From IMG/VR virus record IMGVR_UViG_2654588027_000001: a stretch of 64,000 bases of DNA, one strand, 5' to 3'. Source of the stretch: a virus. Position 1 is the first letter of the stretch; each line of letters starts with the position of its first letter. The notes beneath the pieces were generated by a model. The model was not told where the DNA came from. It saw only the letters and a list, made by a program, of their open reading frames with translations, and did not search any database. Positions 20,188 to 28,811 of the stretch are shown here, piece by piece. Made by a program: the position numbers and the translations under genes.

Positions 20188-20852
20188 GCAGCCAGCTCCC
20201 CAGAAGAAACTTTCTCCGCATACGCCACGAAAGCGTCTACCCCGCACTCTCCCGTGATTTCCTCCATGTGGGCAAGCAAATCCCCAACCACAATGGCAGA
20301 GCCAGCAGGGAGCGTTTTAAAGCCCAATACGTCGATGACGCGGACTTCTTCAGCGGCCACTTCGCGACTGATCTCGGTGTGCTCTTCTTTCTGGCGTTCC
20401 GTCTCTTCGCCCAGATCGAGCACCAGAGCGCCGGTTTCCATCTCTTCGGTCATGCTGCCGACAAGCACGTTCAGCTCGCGCTCTTCAAAACCGAAGACCT
20501 CAACGTCGCCCAGCACCAGGGATTCAAGTTCCTGCTGCAATTTGATGGCGTCGTAGTCAATACTGGCCAGGCGGTTGTCTTCCAGGCGTTTTGCCTTCAC
20601 TTCTTCTTCGCTCAGGTCGTCGCGAACGATGACCGGCACACGCTCCAGACCAGCCAGAAGTGCCGCCTCGCGACGACCGTGGCCAGTAATGATGACGTCG
20701 TGCTTGTCGACCGTGATCGGCTGGTCAAAACCGCGCTTTTTGATGGCGGCAGCCAGGTCGCGGATCTGCTGTTCGTCATGTTTTTTGGCGTTCATCTCAT
20801 ACGGGATGAGTTCTGCCGGGTTTCGATAGACGATTTCAAAGTTTTTGGTCAT
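20184..20852 (-). CDS. ParB/Srx-fold N-terminal domain protein
   Basis: ITGHGRREAA resembles the ParB GERRxRA arginine motif. Acidic linker and small C-terminal domain; no obvious HTH. Confidence 0.6.
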   Translation of the reverse strand: MTKNFEIVYRNPAELIPYEMNAKKHDEQQIRDLAAAIKKRGFDQPITVDKHDVIITGHGRREAALLAGLERVPVIVRDDLSEEEVKAKRLEDNRLASIDYDAIKLQQELESLVLGDVEVFGFEERELNVLVGSMTEEMETGALVLDLGEETERQKEEHTEISREVAAEEVRVIDVLGFKTLPAGSAIVVGDLLAHMEEITGECGVDAFVAYAEKVSSGELAA

Positions 20853-21550
20853 TACATACGCTCCTTGTAGTAGTCGACCAGCCACACCAGGGCTTCCCCG
20901 GCGTTCTCCATTTCGTTACCGGTATTGATTCCCTGCTCTTTGATGATGGTTTTGATGGTGTCGGCGACGCGATCTGATGCATCAAATGTCACCTTGAAGC
21001 GCATCGTCTGGTGTTCAGCACCGACTCGCTCGGTTTTCTCGCGTTTGTCCTCTTCGATCGGCTCGTCATCTCCACGGGAGAGCGCTTCCAGCGCTTCAAG
21101 ATCGATAACGGACGCTTTGGCGAGTGTTGCCGCCATTTCGTCGTCATACGGGGCGATATCGGACAACCGGTAGTCGATTTCAGACTGGATTTCTTCGATT
21201 AAGCGCTGCAAAGCAACCTGATCGTCTTCGCCGTAGCGCTCGTTATCGACGAGGGACATCTGTTTGGCCACCAGGTCGTTAATTTTGCCCACGGAGATGA
21301 CGGGAACCGTTGAAATGCCCTGCTCCATCGCGGCACGCCAGCGGTGTTCGCCACCGAGGATCTCAAAAATGCCCCCGTCCAGCTCCCGCGCCAGAATTGG
21401 CTTAAAAAAGCCCAATTTTTCGATAGAGCCTTTCAGTTTTTCGAAGTTTTGCGCCCCAACGGAGTTGGTATTCCAGGGATTCGGACGCAGGTTCGCGACT
21501 TCCACCTGCAGAATCGTAATTTTCACATCCATAATTCTGATACAATCCAT
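20852..21550 (-). CDS. ParB/Srx-fold N-terminal domain protein, second copy
   Basis: ILGGEHRWRAAMEQGISTVPV is a ParB box II-like motif. Stop overlaps the next start (TAATG). Confidence 0.6.
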   Translation of the reverse strand: MDCIRIMDVKITILQVEVANLRPNPWNTNSVGAQNFEKLKGSIEKLGFFKPILARELDGGIFEILGGEHRWRAAMEQGISTVPVISVGKINDLVAKQMSLVDNERYGEDDQVALQRLIEEIQSEIDYRLSDIAPYDDEMAATLAKASVIDLEALEALSRGDDEPIEEDKREKTERVGAEHQTMRFKVTFDASDRVADTIKTIIKEQGINTGNEMENAGEALVWLVDYYKERM

Positions 21551-21614
21551 TATATAAGTACTTACTTACTATAATAGCCAATTACCATACAAAAGGCACG
21601 AAGGAAAGAGGTTT

Positions 21615-23174
21615 ATGACAGTTCGGATTGTATCGAATGCAGTCAATGCGCTGATTTCTGGCGCTGATGACAACGTGAAGCGGCTCGTTCAGGAGATGTT
21701 GAGCTATGAAGTGGAGGCTGGTGACTGGAAAGGGACCAGCACGATGTTCAACTGGAGCAAAAACGCGTTCCCGGCTGGGTTTGCGAAGCCAGTAGCGGCC
21801 AACCTTCTGAAAGCTGGCATCAAATGCGTGCATGTGCGCAAGGAAAAAGCCCCCGCGCTGGGCAAGCCGAACCCGGTAGTTAACCCATTCCCGTATAACC
21901 CGGACTATGCGTATCAGGATCAGACTGTGGAAACACTGGTGCGCGAAGGGATGATGATTGCCCAGATTGCGACGGGTGGCGGTAAATCGAACGTAGCGTG
22001 TAAGGCAGCTGCTCGCATTGGTCGTATGACGCTGTTTTTAACCACGCGCTCGGTTCTGATGTTCCAGATGGCAGAGAACTTCCAGAAATCAATCGACTAC
22101 CGCGCGGAGAATGGCGAGCCGTGGCTGAAAGGTCAGAAAGTTGGGGTGATTGGATCTGGTGAGTTCCAGGTCTCGCGCCATATCAACGTTGCCACGGTGC
22201 AGACCCTGGCCAGTTTTCTCGAAGAGCCGCCGCGCGATGCCTCACCAGAGAAAAAACGGTACCACCTGAAGCGCCGGGAACTGGTTAAGCGCTTCCTGTC
22301 CAGCGTTTCTCTGCTGATTCTGGAAGAGGCACACGAATCATCTGGTTCAAACTTCTACGATATCGCCCGGTTGTGCATTAATGCCGACTACCGTCTGGCG
22401 CTGACTGCTACGCCGTTCATGAAGGACTCAACCGAAGCAAATATGCGTCTCATGGCCGTTGCAGGTCGCATTGAGATAAAGGTGACGGAAAAATATTTGA
22501 TCGACCGAGGTATTTTAGCAAAACCCTACTTTCTATATCATAAAATCGCGTACACTCCAGACGAGGTGCGAATCAGGGCCGAACTTGCTTCGAAACACCT
22601 TAACTTTCGGGTTGGGATGAGTACGGCTTACCAGAAAGCCTATCAGTTAGGCATCGTTTACAATCTGGGCCGCAACGAGGCCATTGTGCGCGAAGCGTTA
22701 ATGTACAAAAGTCACGGTCTAAACTGTATGACGCTGGTTCGTTTGAAGCGTCATGGTCAGATTCTGATGGAAATGATGAAGGAAAGCGGCCTGAAGGTCG
22801 ATTTCATCTACGGAGAATCAAACCAGACTACCCGACAAGCAAAGCTCAGCAGTCTGGCGGCAGGCAGGATAGATGTTTTGATTGGTTCAACCATTCTGGA
22901 TGTTGGCGTCGACGTTCCAAGCGTAGGTGCGGTGATTCTGGGTGGCGGTGGCAAAGCCGAAGTTGAGATGCGCCAACGAGTTGGTCGCGGTCTTCGAGCC
23001 AAAAAGAATCAGGCTAACGTGTGCTTTATTACCGACTTCATCGACGTGAGCAATAAATACCTCATGTCGCATTCATATGAGCGGAAGCACATTATCGACA
23101 CGACGCCAGGGTTTGCCGAAGGAGTCTTGCCGGTGGGTAGCACATTCGATTTTACTGTTTTGAATAGAGAGTAA
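21615..23174 (+). CDS. SF2 DNA helicase, T4 UvsW-like architecture
   Basis: Motif I ATGGGKS, motif II LEEAHE, motif III TATP, motif VI QRVGRGLR. Divergent from the ParB operon. Confidence 0.75.
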   Translation: MTVRIVSNAVNALISGADDNVKRLVQEMLSYEVEAGDWKGTSTMFNWSKNAFPAGFAKPVAANLLKAGIKCVHVRKEKAPALGKPNPVVNPFPYNPDYAYQDQTVETLVREGMMIAQIATGGGKSNVACKAAARIGRMTLFLTTRSVLMFQMAENFQKSIDYRAENGEPWLKGQKVGVIGSGEFQVSRHINVATVQTLASFLEEPPRDASPEKKRYHLKRRELVKRFLSSVSLLILEEAHESSGSNFYDIARLCINADYRLALTATPFMKDSTEANMRLMAVAGRIEIKVTEKYLIDRGILAKPYFLYHKIAYTPDEVRIRAELASKHLNFRVGMSTAYQKAYQLGIVYNLGRNEAIVREALMYKSHGLNCMTLVRLKRHGQILMEMMKESGLKVDFIYGESNQTTRQAKLSSLAAGRIDVLIGSTILDVGVDVPSVGAVILGGGGKAEVEMRQRVGRGLRAKKNQANVCFITDFIDVSNKYLMSHSYERKHIIDTTPGFAEGVLPVGSTFDFTVLNRE

Positions 23175-23176
23175 GC

Positions 23177-23455
23177 ATGAGCGAGAAACGCGCTATACAC
23201 TGCCAGGTTCAGTTAACCGAAAAAGCTAACGACAAGCTGGAAACCTTTCAGAATCGACTGCGTGAGCGCAACATAAAGCTGTCAAAAGCAGACGTCATCA
23301 ATCTGGTACTGTCCAACATGACGATGGCCGATTTTGATAAGGCGGCTACGTCATTAGAGGCTTCTGCAAAGGCTCGTGAAAAGGTCATGAAGATTTACGA
23401 ATCCTCTGGCATGACCAAAGAAGATCTGGCCGATATTCTCAAACGTCTCGATTAA
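23177..23455 (+). CDS. Small helical protein translationally coupled to the helicase (UvsW.1-like position)
   Basis: 92 aa. The start codon follows the helicase stop within the context TAAGCATG. Confidence 0.4.
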   Translation: MSEKRAIHCQVQLTEKANDKLETFQNRLRERNIKLSKADVINLVLSNMTMADFDKAATSLEASAKAREKVMKIYESSGMTKEDLADILKRLD

Positions 23456-23514
23456 GCATTAAGGGCGTCGCAAGACGCCTTGTTCGTTGAAGTGATAAGG
23501 ATTTAGTTCAAGCC

Positions 23515-23937
23515 ATGAAACACGTTCTACTTCCACTGATTACCATCCCCGTTTTACTCCTGAGTGCATGTTCATCCCGCCCAGTGTCTGTAGCCAATGC
23601 AAAACCGGCTCCGCAGGCAAGAGTTTTCAAATACCAGACGTCTGCCCCAACCACGCTGGTGGTTATGAGGGACAAAGGTATGATAGGTGCGGGCTGCGAC
23701 GCATCCATCTTCATTAATGGAGAGACAGTTGCGAAACTGGAGACCGGCGAAAAAGCGACGTTCCATCTTGATGCCGGGCAGTGGATTGTTGGCGCCTCAC
23801 TTGAGGGCGCCGGGCTGTGCGCACTGAACCCTGCTCGTCAGGAACGCGAGACCATCACCAAAGCTGGCGAGACGAAAGTCTTCCGGGTATTCACCAGCAA
23901 CGCAGGTGACATCGATATCCTACCAACGACACTGTGA
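23515..23937 (+). CDS. Lipoprotein, candidate superinfection-exclusion factor
   Basis: Signal peptide with lipobox LLLSAC|S; 140 aa. Confidence 0.55.
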   Translation: MKHVLLPLITIPVLLLSACSSRPVSVANAKPAPQARVFKYQTSAPTTLVVMRDKGMIGAGCDASIFINGETVAKLETGEKATFHLDAGQWIVGASLEGAGLCALNPARQERETITKAGETKVFRVFTSNAGDIDILPTTL

Positions 23938-23941
23938 CGAT

Positions 23942-24469
23942 ATGACGAATAAAACTGACATCACCTACGGGATTCCTGCAGAAGTCTGGCCGCGCGATTA
24001 CTCCAACGTGGAGAAAGCGCTGATGTTCTGGCGTAAGTCTCTCATTCCTGTAAGGGTCACGATGGAAGATGGTCAGGTGTTCTGCATGTACGTTCAGGGT
24101 CTCATGTCGTCGCGCAACAAAGTCGACCTTTGCCCTGCCCCGTTCGACAAAGAAAATCGTATAAGGCTCCCACTTGAGCGAATCAGCACGATTGAATCAG
24201 GTGTGACAGAAGGCATTGCGCACGATTTCACGGGTCGGACAACGGTACACCCAGACTATGTGGACAATCGGCCATCTCGCCGTGATTTCTTTAAAATTTG
24301 TCGCCAGGCTCATGAGATGCAGAAGTCTATAAGGGTCTACATGGCGGATGGCCGTGAAATTGAGGGGGGGTCTTCAGGCGTAGACGCTTGCCAGGCCACG
24401 CTCAACATGGGGGACGGTCGGAAGACAGTCGTCATGTTCGATTGGGTCGAACGGATTTTACCGTTTTAA
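23942..24469 (+). CDS. Hypothetical protein with internal duplication
   Basis: Two similar ~60-aa segments (IPVRVTMEDGQVFCMYVQG / IRVYMADGREIEGG...VVMFDWV). Followed by a hairpin at 24489-24508. Confidence 0.4.
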   Translation: MTNKTDITYGIPAEVWPRDYSNVEKALMFWRKSLIPVRVTMEDGQVFCMYVQGLMSSRNKVDLCPAPFDKENRIRLPLERISTIESGVTEGIAHDFTGRTTVHPDYVDNRPSRRDFFKICRQAHEMQKSIRVYMADGREIEGGSSGVDACQATLNMGDGRKTVVMFDWVERILPF

Positions 24470-24792
24470 ATCTATAAGGGTAATAACCGGCTAAGTCCGG
24501 TTATTATTTTATGTGTCACTTCCCGTTATATTTACCTCCCCTAATCCCGGTTCCGTTTTAAATATATAAGGGTGATTGACCGAATAGGGAATTTATTTAG
24601 GCAACACCTTCGAGAAAACGCGTTTTATTTCTAAGACTTTGATTTTTATTGAAGAAAATTTTTTTTCATTCCCGCGCAAAAAACTCTTGATTTTAATTTT
24701 TGTATATCGATAATTAGTCACATCGAAAGCGAACACGCTAACGATAAATAAATAACAAATTAAGTTATCAATATTACATAAGGATTAATATC

Positions 24793-25443
24793 ATGTCTAA
24801 CGTTGCTATCTCTAAAAAATCTATCATCGACGCTGCTGTAGTTATCGCTAATGAATTGCAAGTTGCAGCCAACAATGCGACTCAGACTTATAACAATCAT
24901 TATCAGAATGGTACGCACACCAAAGCAGATAAAGCTAACATGCTTGCAGCGACTACCAAACTTGCATACTTTACCAACAACGTTTTAAACGCTGTTAATG
25001 ATGAGAAATTAGCTGGTGTCTTTTACTACGCGATTAAAGCAAGCAAACAAGCACCTGAAGCGTTTTTCCGTGAAGCTATGACCAATAGCTATTCACTCGA
25101 AAAACTGGTTTATCTGGTTAAATCTATCAAGTCTGGTAAATGCGTTTATTCCGTCGCTGATATGTCCGGATCTCGCGTATTCGCATTAATCGAAATGATT
25201 AATGATGAATTGGAAACATTCACTAATGGCGCTGTTTTCGATTTGATGAATGAAGCGAAAAAAGCCAACGAAATTAAATTGGACGCTGGCTACACTCAAG
25301 CCAACCAACTAATCAATCTTTGTGAACGTCTCGGACTGGTCGAGAAGATCAAAGGAATGGGCGCTGCTAAAAACGGATCGCAGCAATATCGCTTTATCAA
25401 AAATGATTTTTATAACTATCTGGCTGACGCTTTCAAAGCGTAA
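24793..25443 (+). CDS. Hypothetical protein in an AT-rich islet
   Basis: 216 aa, all-alpha and Ala/Asn-rich. Preceded by a long AT-rich leader and followed by an AGCGCCCACTATGGGCGCT hairpin. Confidence 0.5.
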   Translation: MSNVAISKKSIIDAAVVIANELQVAANNATQTYNNHYQNGTHTKADKANMLAATTKLAYFTNNVLNAVNDEKLAGVFYYAIKASKQAPEAFFREAMTNSYSLEKLVYLVKSIKSGKCVYSVADMSGSRVFALIEMINDELETFTNGAVFDLMNEAKKANEIKLDAGYTQANQLINLCERLGLVEKIKGMGAAKNGSQQYRFIKNDFYNYLADAFKA

Positions 25444-25527
25444 TTAATTGAATATAGCGCCCACTATGGGCGCTTATTCAAAAGATCTTAAGTCTGTATT
25501 CAATTTTATTTTTTAAGGAGCGTTTTT

Positions 25528-25755
25528 ATGGTTATTTTTATCGCTGGCGTTAACATCCATAATCATACTCTTGTTTATGATATCGCTGGTTTAGCTGGAT
25601 ACGCTCTCAGCTCTGAAGTAGTCGACGAAACCACGTTTAAAATAGATCTGAATAGCGCGGAGCATAGGAAGCGCGCAGGAATCAAAGAATCCGATGTTCT
25701 TTTAATGATTCAAGAATTTTTAAACGCTGGCTTTAAAATTCACTTAGAAAAATAA
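25528..25755 (+). CDS. Hypothetical 75-aa protein in the AT-rich islet
   Basis: Followed by the identical hairpin plus T-run terminator. Confidence 0.4.
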   Translation: MVIFIAGVNIHNHTLVYDIAGLAGYALSSEVVDETTFKIDLNSAEHRKRAGIKESDVLLMIQEFLNAGFKIHLEK

Positions 25756-25762
25756 AAACAAT

Positions 25763-25787
25763 AGCGCCCACTATGGGCGCTTTTTTC
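25763..25787 (+). terminator. Rho-independent terminator (AGCGCCCACTATGGGCGCT + T6)
   Basis: Hairpin plus T-run read in the sequence. A copy of the same hairpin, lacking the T-run, is at 25456-25474. Confidence 0.6.
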
Positions 25788-26264
25788 GTTTCAAGATCCG
25801 CACACCATAACGCGCCATTGTTGGCGCGTTTTTTATTGTCTGAAGTCAGCCAAAACAGACCAAAAATAAGCGCCATAAACGCGCCAATTTAACGCGTTTT
25901 TATGTGTGGTGGTACATACTCATTACCCACAATAAAAAACACGTTATAGCGCGTTTTAGCGCGTGGCTTATTTTGTCGTGTCGTGGGCGTGATCGTCTGG
26001 CGATATCTGGCGACGTGATCCGCGCTATCCTTCGGGACGTGTCGGCAATATTGGCATGATCCGTGGGCGCTCGCGTATCATTGGCACGTTGACGCGACGT
26101 GTACGCGCTTGCAGTGGCTTTCCCACGGATTCACATAATCACATGGCGAAAGCTATCTGGGTGGCTCAGGAGCTGAAACTCCACCGGCAACTACCCCAGC
26201 GCCGCTACGCAATTTCTGGAGCGATTTTTGGCTTCTCCCGCTCTGTTTTCTACATAAAGGCAAA

Positions 26265-26385
26265 CCCCGCCGTTTCCCGAAAATTCCCTGGCCGTTTCCC
26301 TTCGGTTCCCCGGACAGCTCTCTGGCCGTTTCTGAAGTTTCCCTGCGGCAACTGGTGGACGAAAAGAAAGGGGCGTTTCCAGCCC
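26265..26385. repeat. Four direct repeats of GCCGTTTCC spaced 23-34 bp, ending in a hairpin terminator for the downstream minus-strand gene
   Basis: Repeats at about 26270, 26293, 26327 and 26374. Upstream (25990-26065) are three GATC sites and TGGCGA/TGGCA repeats. Confidence 0.5.
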
Positions 26386-26393
26386 CTCCCCTC

Positions 26394-26876
26394 TTACTTG
26401 CCAGCCAGGATGTGAATGCGGTTCTTTCCGTACACCTCTTTCACGTAGTCCCCGCACGAGATACTCCACGAGTCGATTCCTGCTTCATAGATGACGTTTT
26501 TGCACTTGATGGCGTTGTTGGCGATGCGCATCCCCTCCCCCACTGCTTCCTGTTCGGTAAAGTCGAATCCGGATTCTGTTTTAACCCATAGCGCGATCTG
26601 CGTGGCGAACTCGATGAGTTTTGACCGGCAGAAGCGACCGCTGCGTACCGGGAAGATGAATACACCAAATCCCGAGGTGGAGACATACGCTTTTTCAAAT
26701 ACGCGCTTATGGCGACGGTTGCAGATAATGTCATTGGTGATCTGCTGTTTCTCTTTACCGGACAGCTCGATGGTTACATTGTCACGCCAGGCGCCCAGCA
26801 CGCTTTTATCGTTATCAGAGAACGTCACAGAAATATGGCCATGCGAAGGGGTGTTAACAGTAGCGATAAAATTCAT
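26394..26876 (-). CDS. Hypothetical protein
   Basis: 160 aa. Start preceded by the conserved leader motif and AAGGA. Confidence 0.5.
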   Translation of the reverse strand: MNFIATVNTPSHGHISVTFSDNDKSVLGAWRDNVTIELSGKEKQQITNDIICNRRHKRVFEKAYVSTSGFGVFIFPVRSGRFCRSKLIEFATQIALWVKTESGFDFTEQEAVGEGMRIANNAIKCKNVIYEAGIDSWSISCGDYVKEVYGKNRIHILAGK

Positions 26877-27081
26877 GGTGATAATCCTTTAAACAATTTG
26901 TTTTCTTGTTGGTTTAATTATCGCTACGCGCATAAGGCGTCCAAGCGTTCTGTTCCGGCAGATGGTGGCCTGCAGGGAGTCGGAGGGTTGTTCGGTAGCC
27001 TGGCGGTAAGAGGTGGGTGTTTTTAGCCTGCGGGAAACAGGATGGCCATTTAAGGCCACCAGCATGGGTGGCCTCGTTCTC

Positions 27082-27363
27082 TTAGTGGAGCAAACCGACG
27101 TCGATGGTATCGCCTGAGCCATCCACGCGGATCATCAGCATGGCGAAGGCATTTAATGGGTAGCCTGCGTGCCAGCCCGGGAATCGGTCATCGCGCATGA
27201 AGTCGGCAATGTCATAAACGCTGCCCTCAAAGTGGAAGAAGCGGGCATCACACTGTTCGTCCTGTTCAATATGATCCATTTCTCGCTTCTCTTCCGATGA
27301 CAGGTCGAGCCAGGATTCCAGCCATACGTTTTCAGCTTTAGGGGAGATAGTGAAATCGGTCAT
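27082..27363 (-). CDS. Hypothetical protein
   Basis: Start at MTDFTISPK with GGAGGA RBS. Conserved leader motif immediately upstream. Confidence 0.5.
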   Translation of the reverse strand: MTDFTISPKAENVWLESWLDLSSEEKREMDHIEQDEQCDARFFHFEGSVYDIADFMRDDRFPGWHAGYPLNAFAMLMIRVDGSGDTIDVGLLH

Positions 27364-27454
27364 GTGCATATCCTCCATGCGTAAACATCTTGTTTTCTTG
27401 TTGGTGTAATTATCGCAATGTGGATAAGGCAAAAAACATTTTGTTATCGGGTAT

Positions 27455-28195
27455 AATAAATATCCTCCGGCATAGCCGGAGGTTTTTCATATGCGCCTAT
27501 AAGGCTCTGTTACCAGCCGCGCCCTAACAGGCGCATCGCGATCTGACATTTGCATCTATGGATTACTTACGGCCCGTAAACGGGCTACCGGGATACGGGA
27601 TCGAGAGTTGCTCACCCATTTTATCCTCTTCCAATTGGTGCTTTATGTATTCTTGTATCCTGGCCGTGTTTTTCCCTACCGTATCAACGTAATACCCTCG
27701 ACACCAAAACTCCCTGTTACGGTATTTGAACTTCAAATCGCCAAACTGCTCATAAAGCATCAGACTGCTCTTTCCCTTCAGGTACCCCATAAATCCCGAG
27801 ACACTCATCTTGGGCGGGATCTCCAGAAGCATATGGATGTGATCCACACAGTATTCTGCTTCCAGGATATTCACGTTTTTCCATTCGCACAGTTTTCTTA
27901 AAATACTGCCAATCGCTCTGCGTTTTTCCCTGTAGAACACCTGCCTTCGGTACTTCGGCGCAAAAACTATATGATATTTACAGTTCCATCGGGTGTGCGC
28001 TAAGCTCTTTTCATCCCTCATTGGGACCCCCTTTTGATTTCTTGTTGAACATTTGCAGTTGCCAGACCGCAAACTGTTTTAACAAATCAAAAGGGGTTTT
28101 TATAACTGACCCAAAGCTGAAAGCTTTACTGAACCCCCAGCCTAGCTGGGGGTTTTCTGGGCACAAAAAAGGCCACTAAATATAGTGGCCTTATG
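27455..28195 (-). mobile_element. IS200/IS605-family insertion sequence (IS200/IS1541-like), boundaries approximate
   Basis: Contains tnpA plus the characteristic RBS-occluding stem-loop upstream of tnpA (CCCCTTTTGATT...AATCAAAAGGGG) and a terminator hairpin at the distal end (CCTCCGGCATAGCCGGAGG-TTTTT). Length about 710-740 bp. Confidence 0.7.
27563..28021 (-). CDS. tnpA: IS200-family Y1 transposase TnpA
   Basis: MRDEKSLAHTRWNCKYHIVFAPKYRR...HIHMLLEIPP (HuH motif) and the catalytic-Tyr region. 152 aa counted from MRDEK. Confidence 0.85.
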   Translation of the reverse strand: MRDEKSLAHTRWNCKYHIVFAPKYRRQVFYREKRRAIGSILRKLCEWKNVNILEAEYCVDHIHMLLEIPPKMSVSGFMGYLKGKSSLMLYEQFGDLKFKYRNREFWCRGYYVDTVGKNTARIQEYIKHQLEEDKMGEQLSIPYPGSPFTGRK

Positions 28196-28229
28196 TTAAT
28201 AGATAAGCACCTACCTATCAATTATCGAC

Positions 28230-28799
28230 TTATAAAATCCCTGCAAGCACATCGCGAACCTGACGGAATTGATCAGTTTGCATTCCGGTGTAAATCGACG
28301 CGACAGCGTCCGCAAGGTGCTCGTTTTTATTCACCAGCACTTCCTTACCAGATTGCTTGCGGCGCAACCACGGGGCGTTTGGCTGCTTCTGCGTAGCCCA
28401 CTGAATGATCTCTTCCTTCGACGTGGTCAGCTTATTCCCGACATAGTGCTTAATCTCGTTTGGCGTGACCTGTATCAGTGGCTTATCCACGCACGCCAGT
28501 ACGCCAATGCAGATGCCGTATGAGGTTTGTGCGCGACTGGACTGGCTACCAACCGGCAACTCGCAAAACACCATATGAGCCTGCTCGATTATGGGCTTGG
28601 CGGTGCGCCAGATTTCGTTAGCGCGGCGTAGATCGTCGCTGTTTACGCGAACCGTCTTCTTGTTGCCACCAGCTTTGGTTTCCACCAATGTCAGGCCATG
28701 AATGTCCAGCTTATCCGTTTCCAGATCCAGCGTGCCAATCGCCAGGCCAAAGTTGCTCATTGAAGGGTCGACGCCAACCACACGAATGGTTTTACTCAT
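28230..28799 (-). CDS. RuvC-like Holliday junction resolvase
   Basis: N-terminal VVGVDPSMSNFGLAI, a typical RuvC/YqgF-fold start; 189 aa. Confidence 0.6.
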   Translation of the reverse strand: MSKTIRVVGVDPSMSNFGLAIGTLDLETDKLDIHGLTLVETKAGGNKKTVRVNSDDLRRANEIWRTAKPIIEQAHMVFCELPVGSQSSRAQTSYGICIGVLACVDKPLIQVTPNEIKHYVGNKLTTSKEEIIQWATQKQPNAPWLRRKQSGKEVLVNKNEHLADAVASIYTGMQTDQFRQVRDVLAGIL

Positions 28800-28811
28800 T
28801 TTTTGGTCTCC

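Noticed and set aside
18544-20556. 670-aa plus-strand ORF, the longest plus ORF in the window
   Set aside because: It runs antisense across the GNAT, ABC ATPase and ParB genes, which carry clear catalytic motifs. It is low-complexity (Arg/Ala/Ser-rich) with no recognisable motif. It is a typical shadow ORF in GC-balanced DNA.
26056-26415. 119-aa plus-strand ORF in the repeat-dense noncoding region
   Set aside because: It is Arg/Pro-rich with no RBS. It spans the GCCGTTTCC repeats and the terminator hairpin of the neighbouring gene, so it reads as a repeat artefact.
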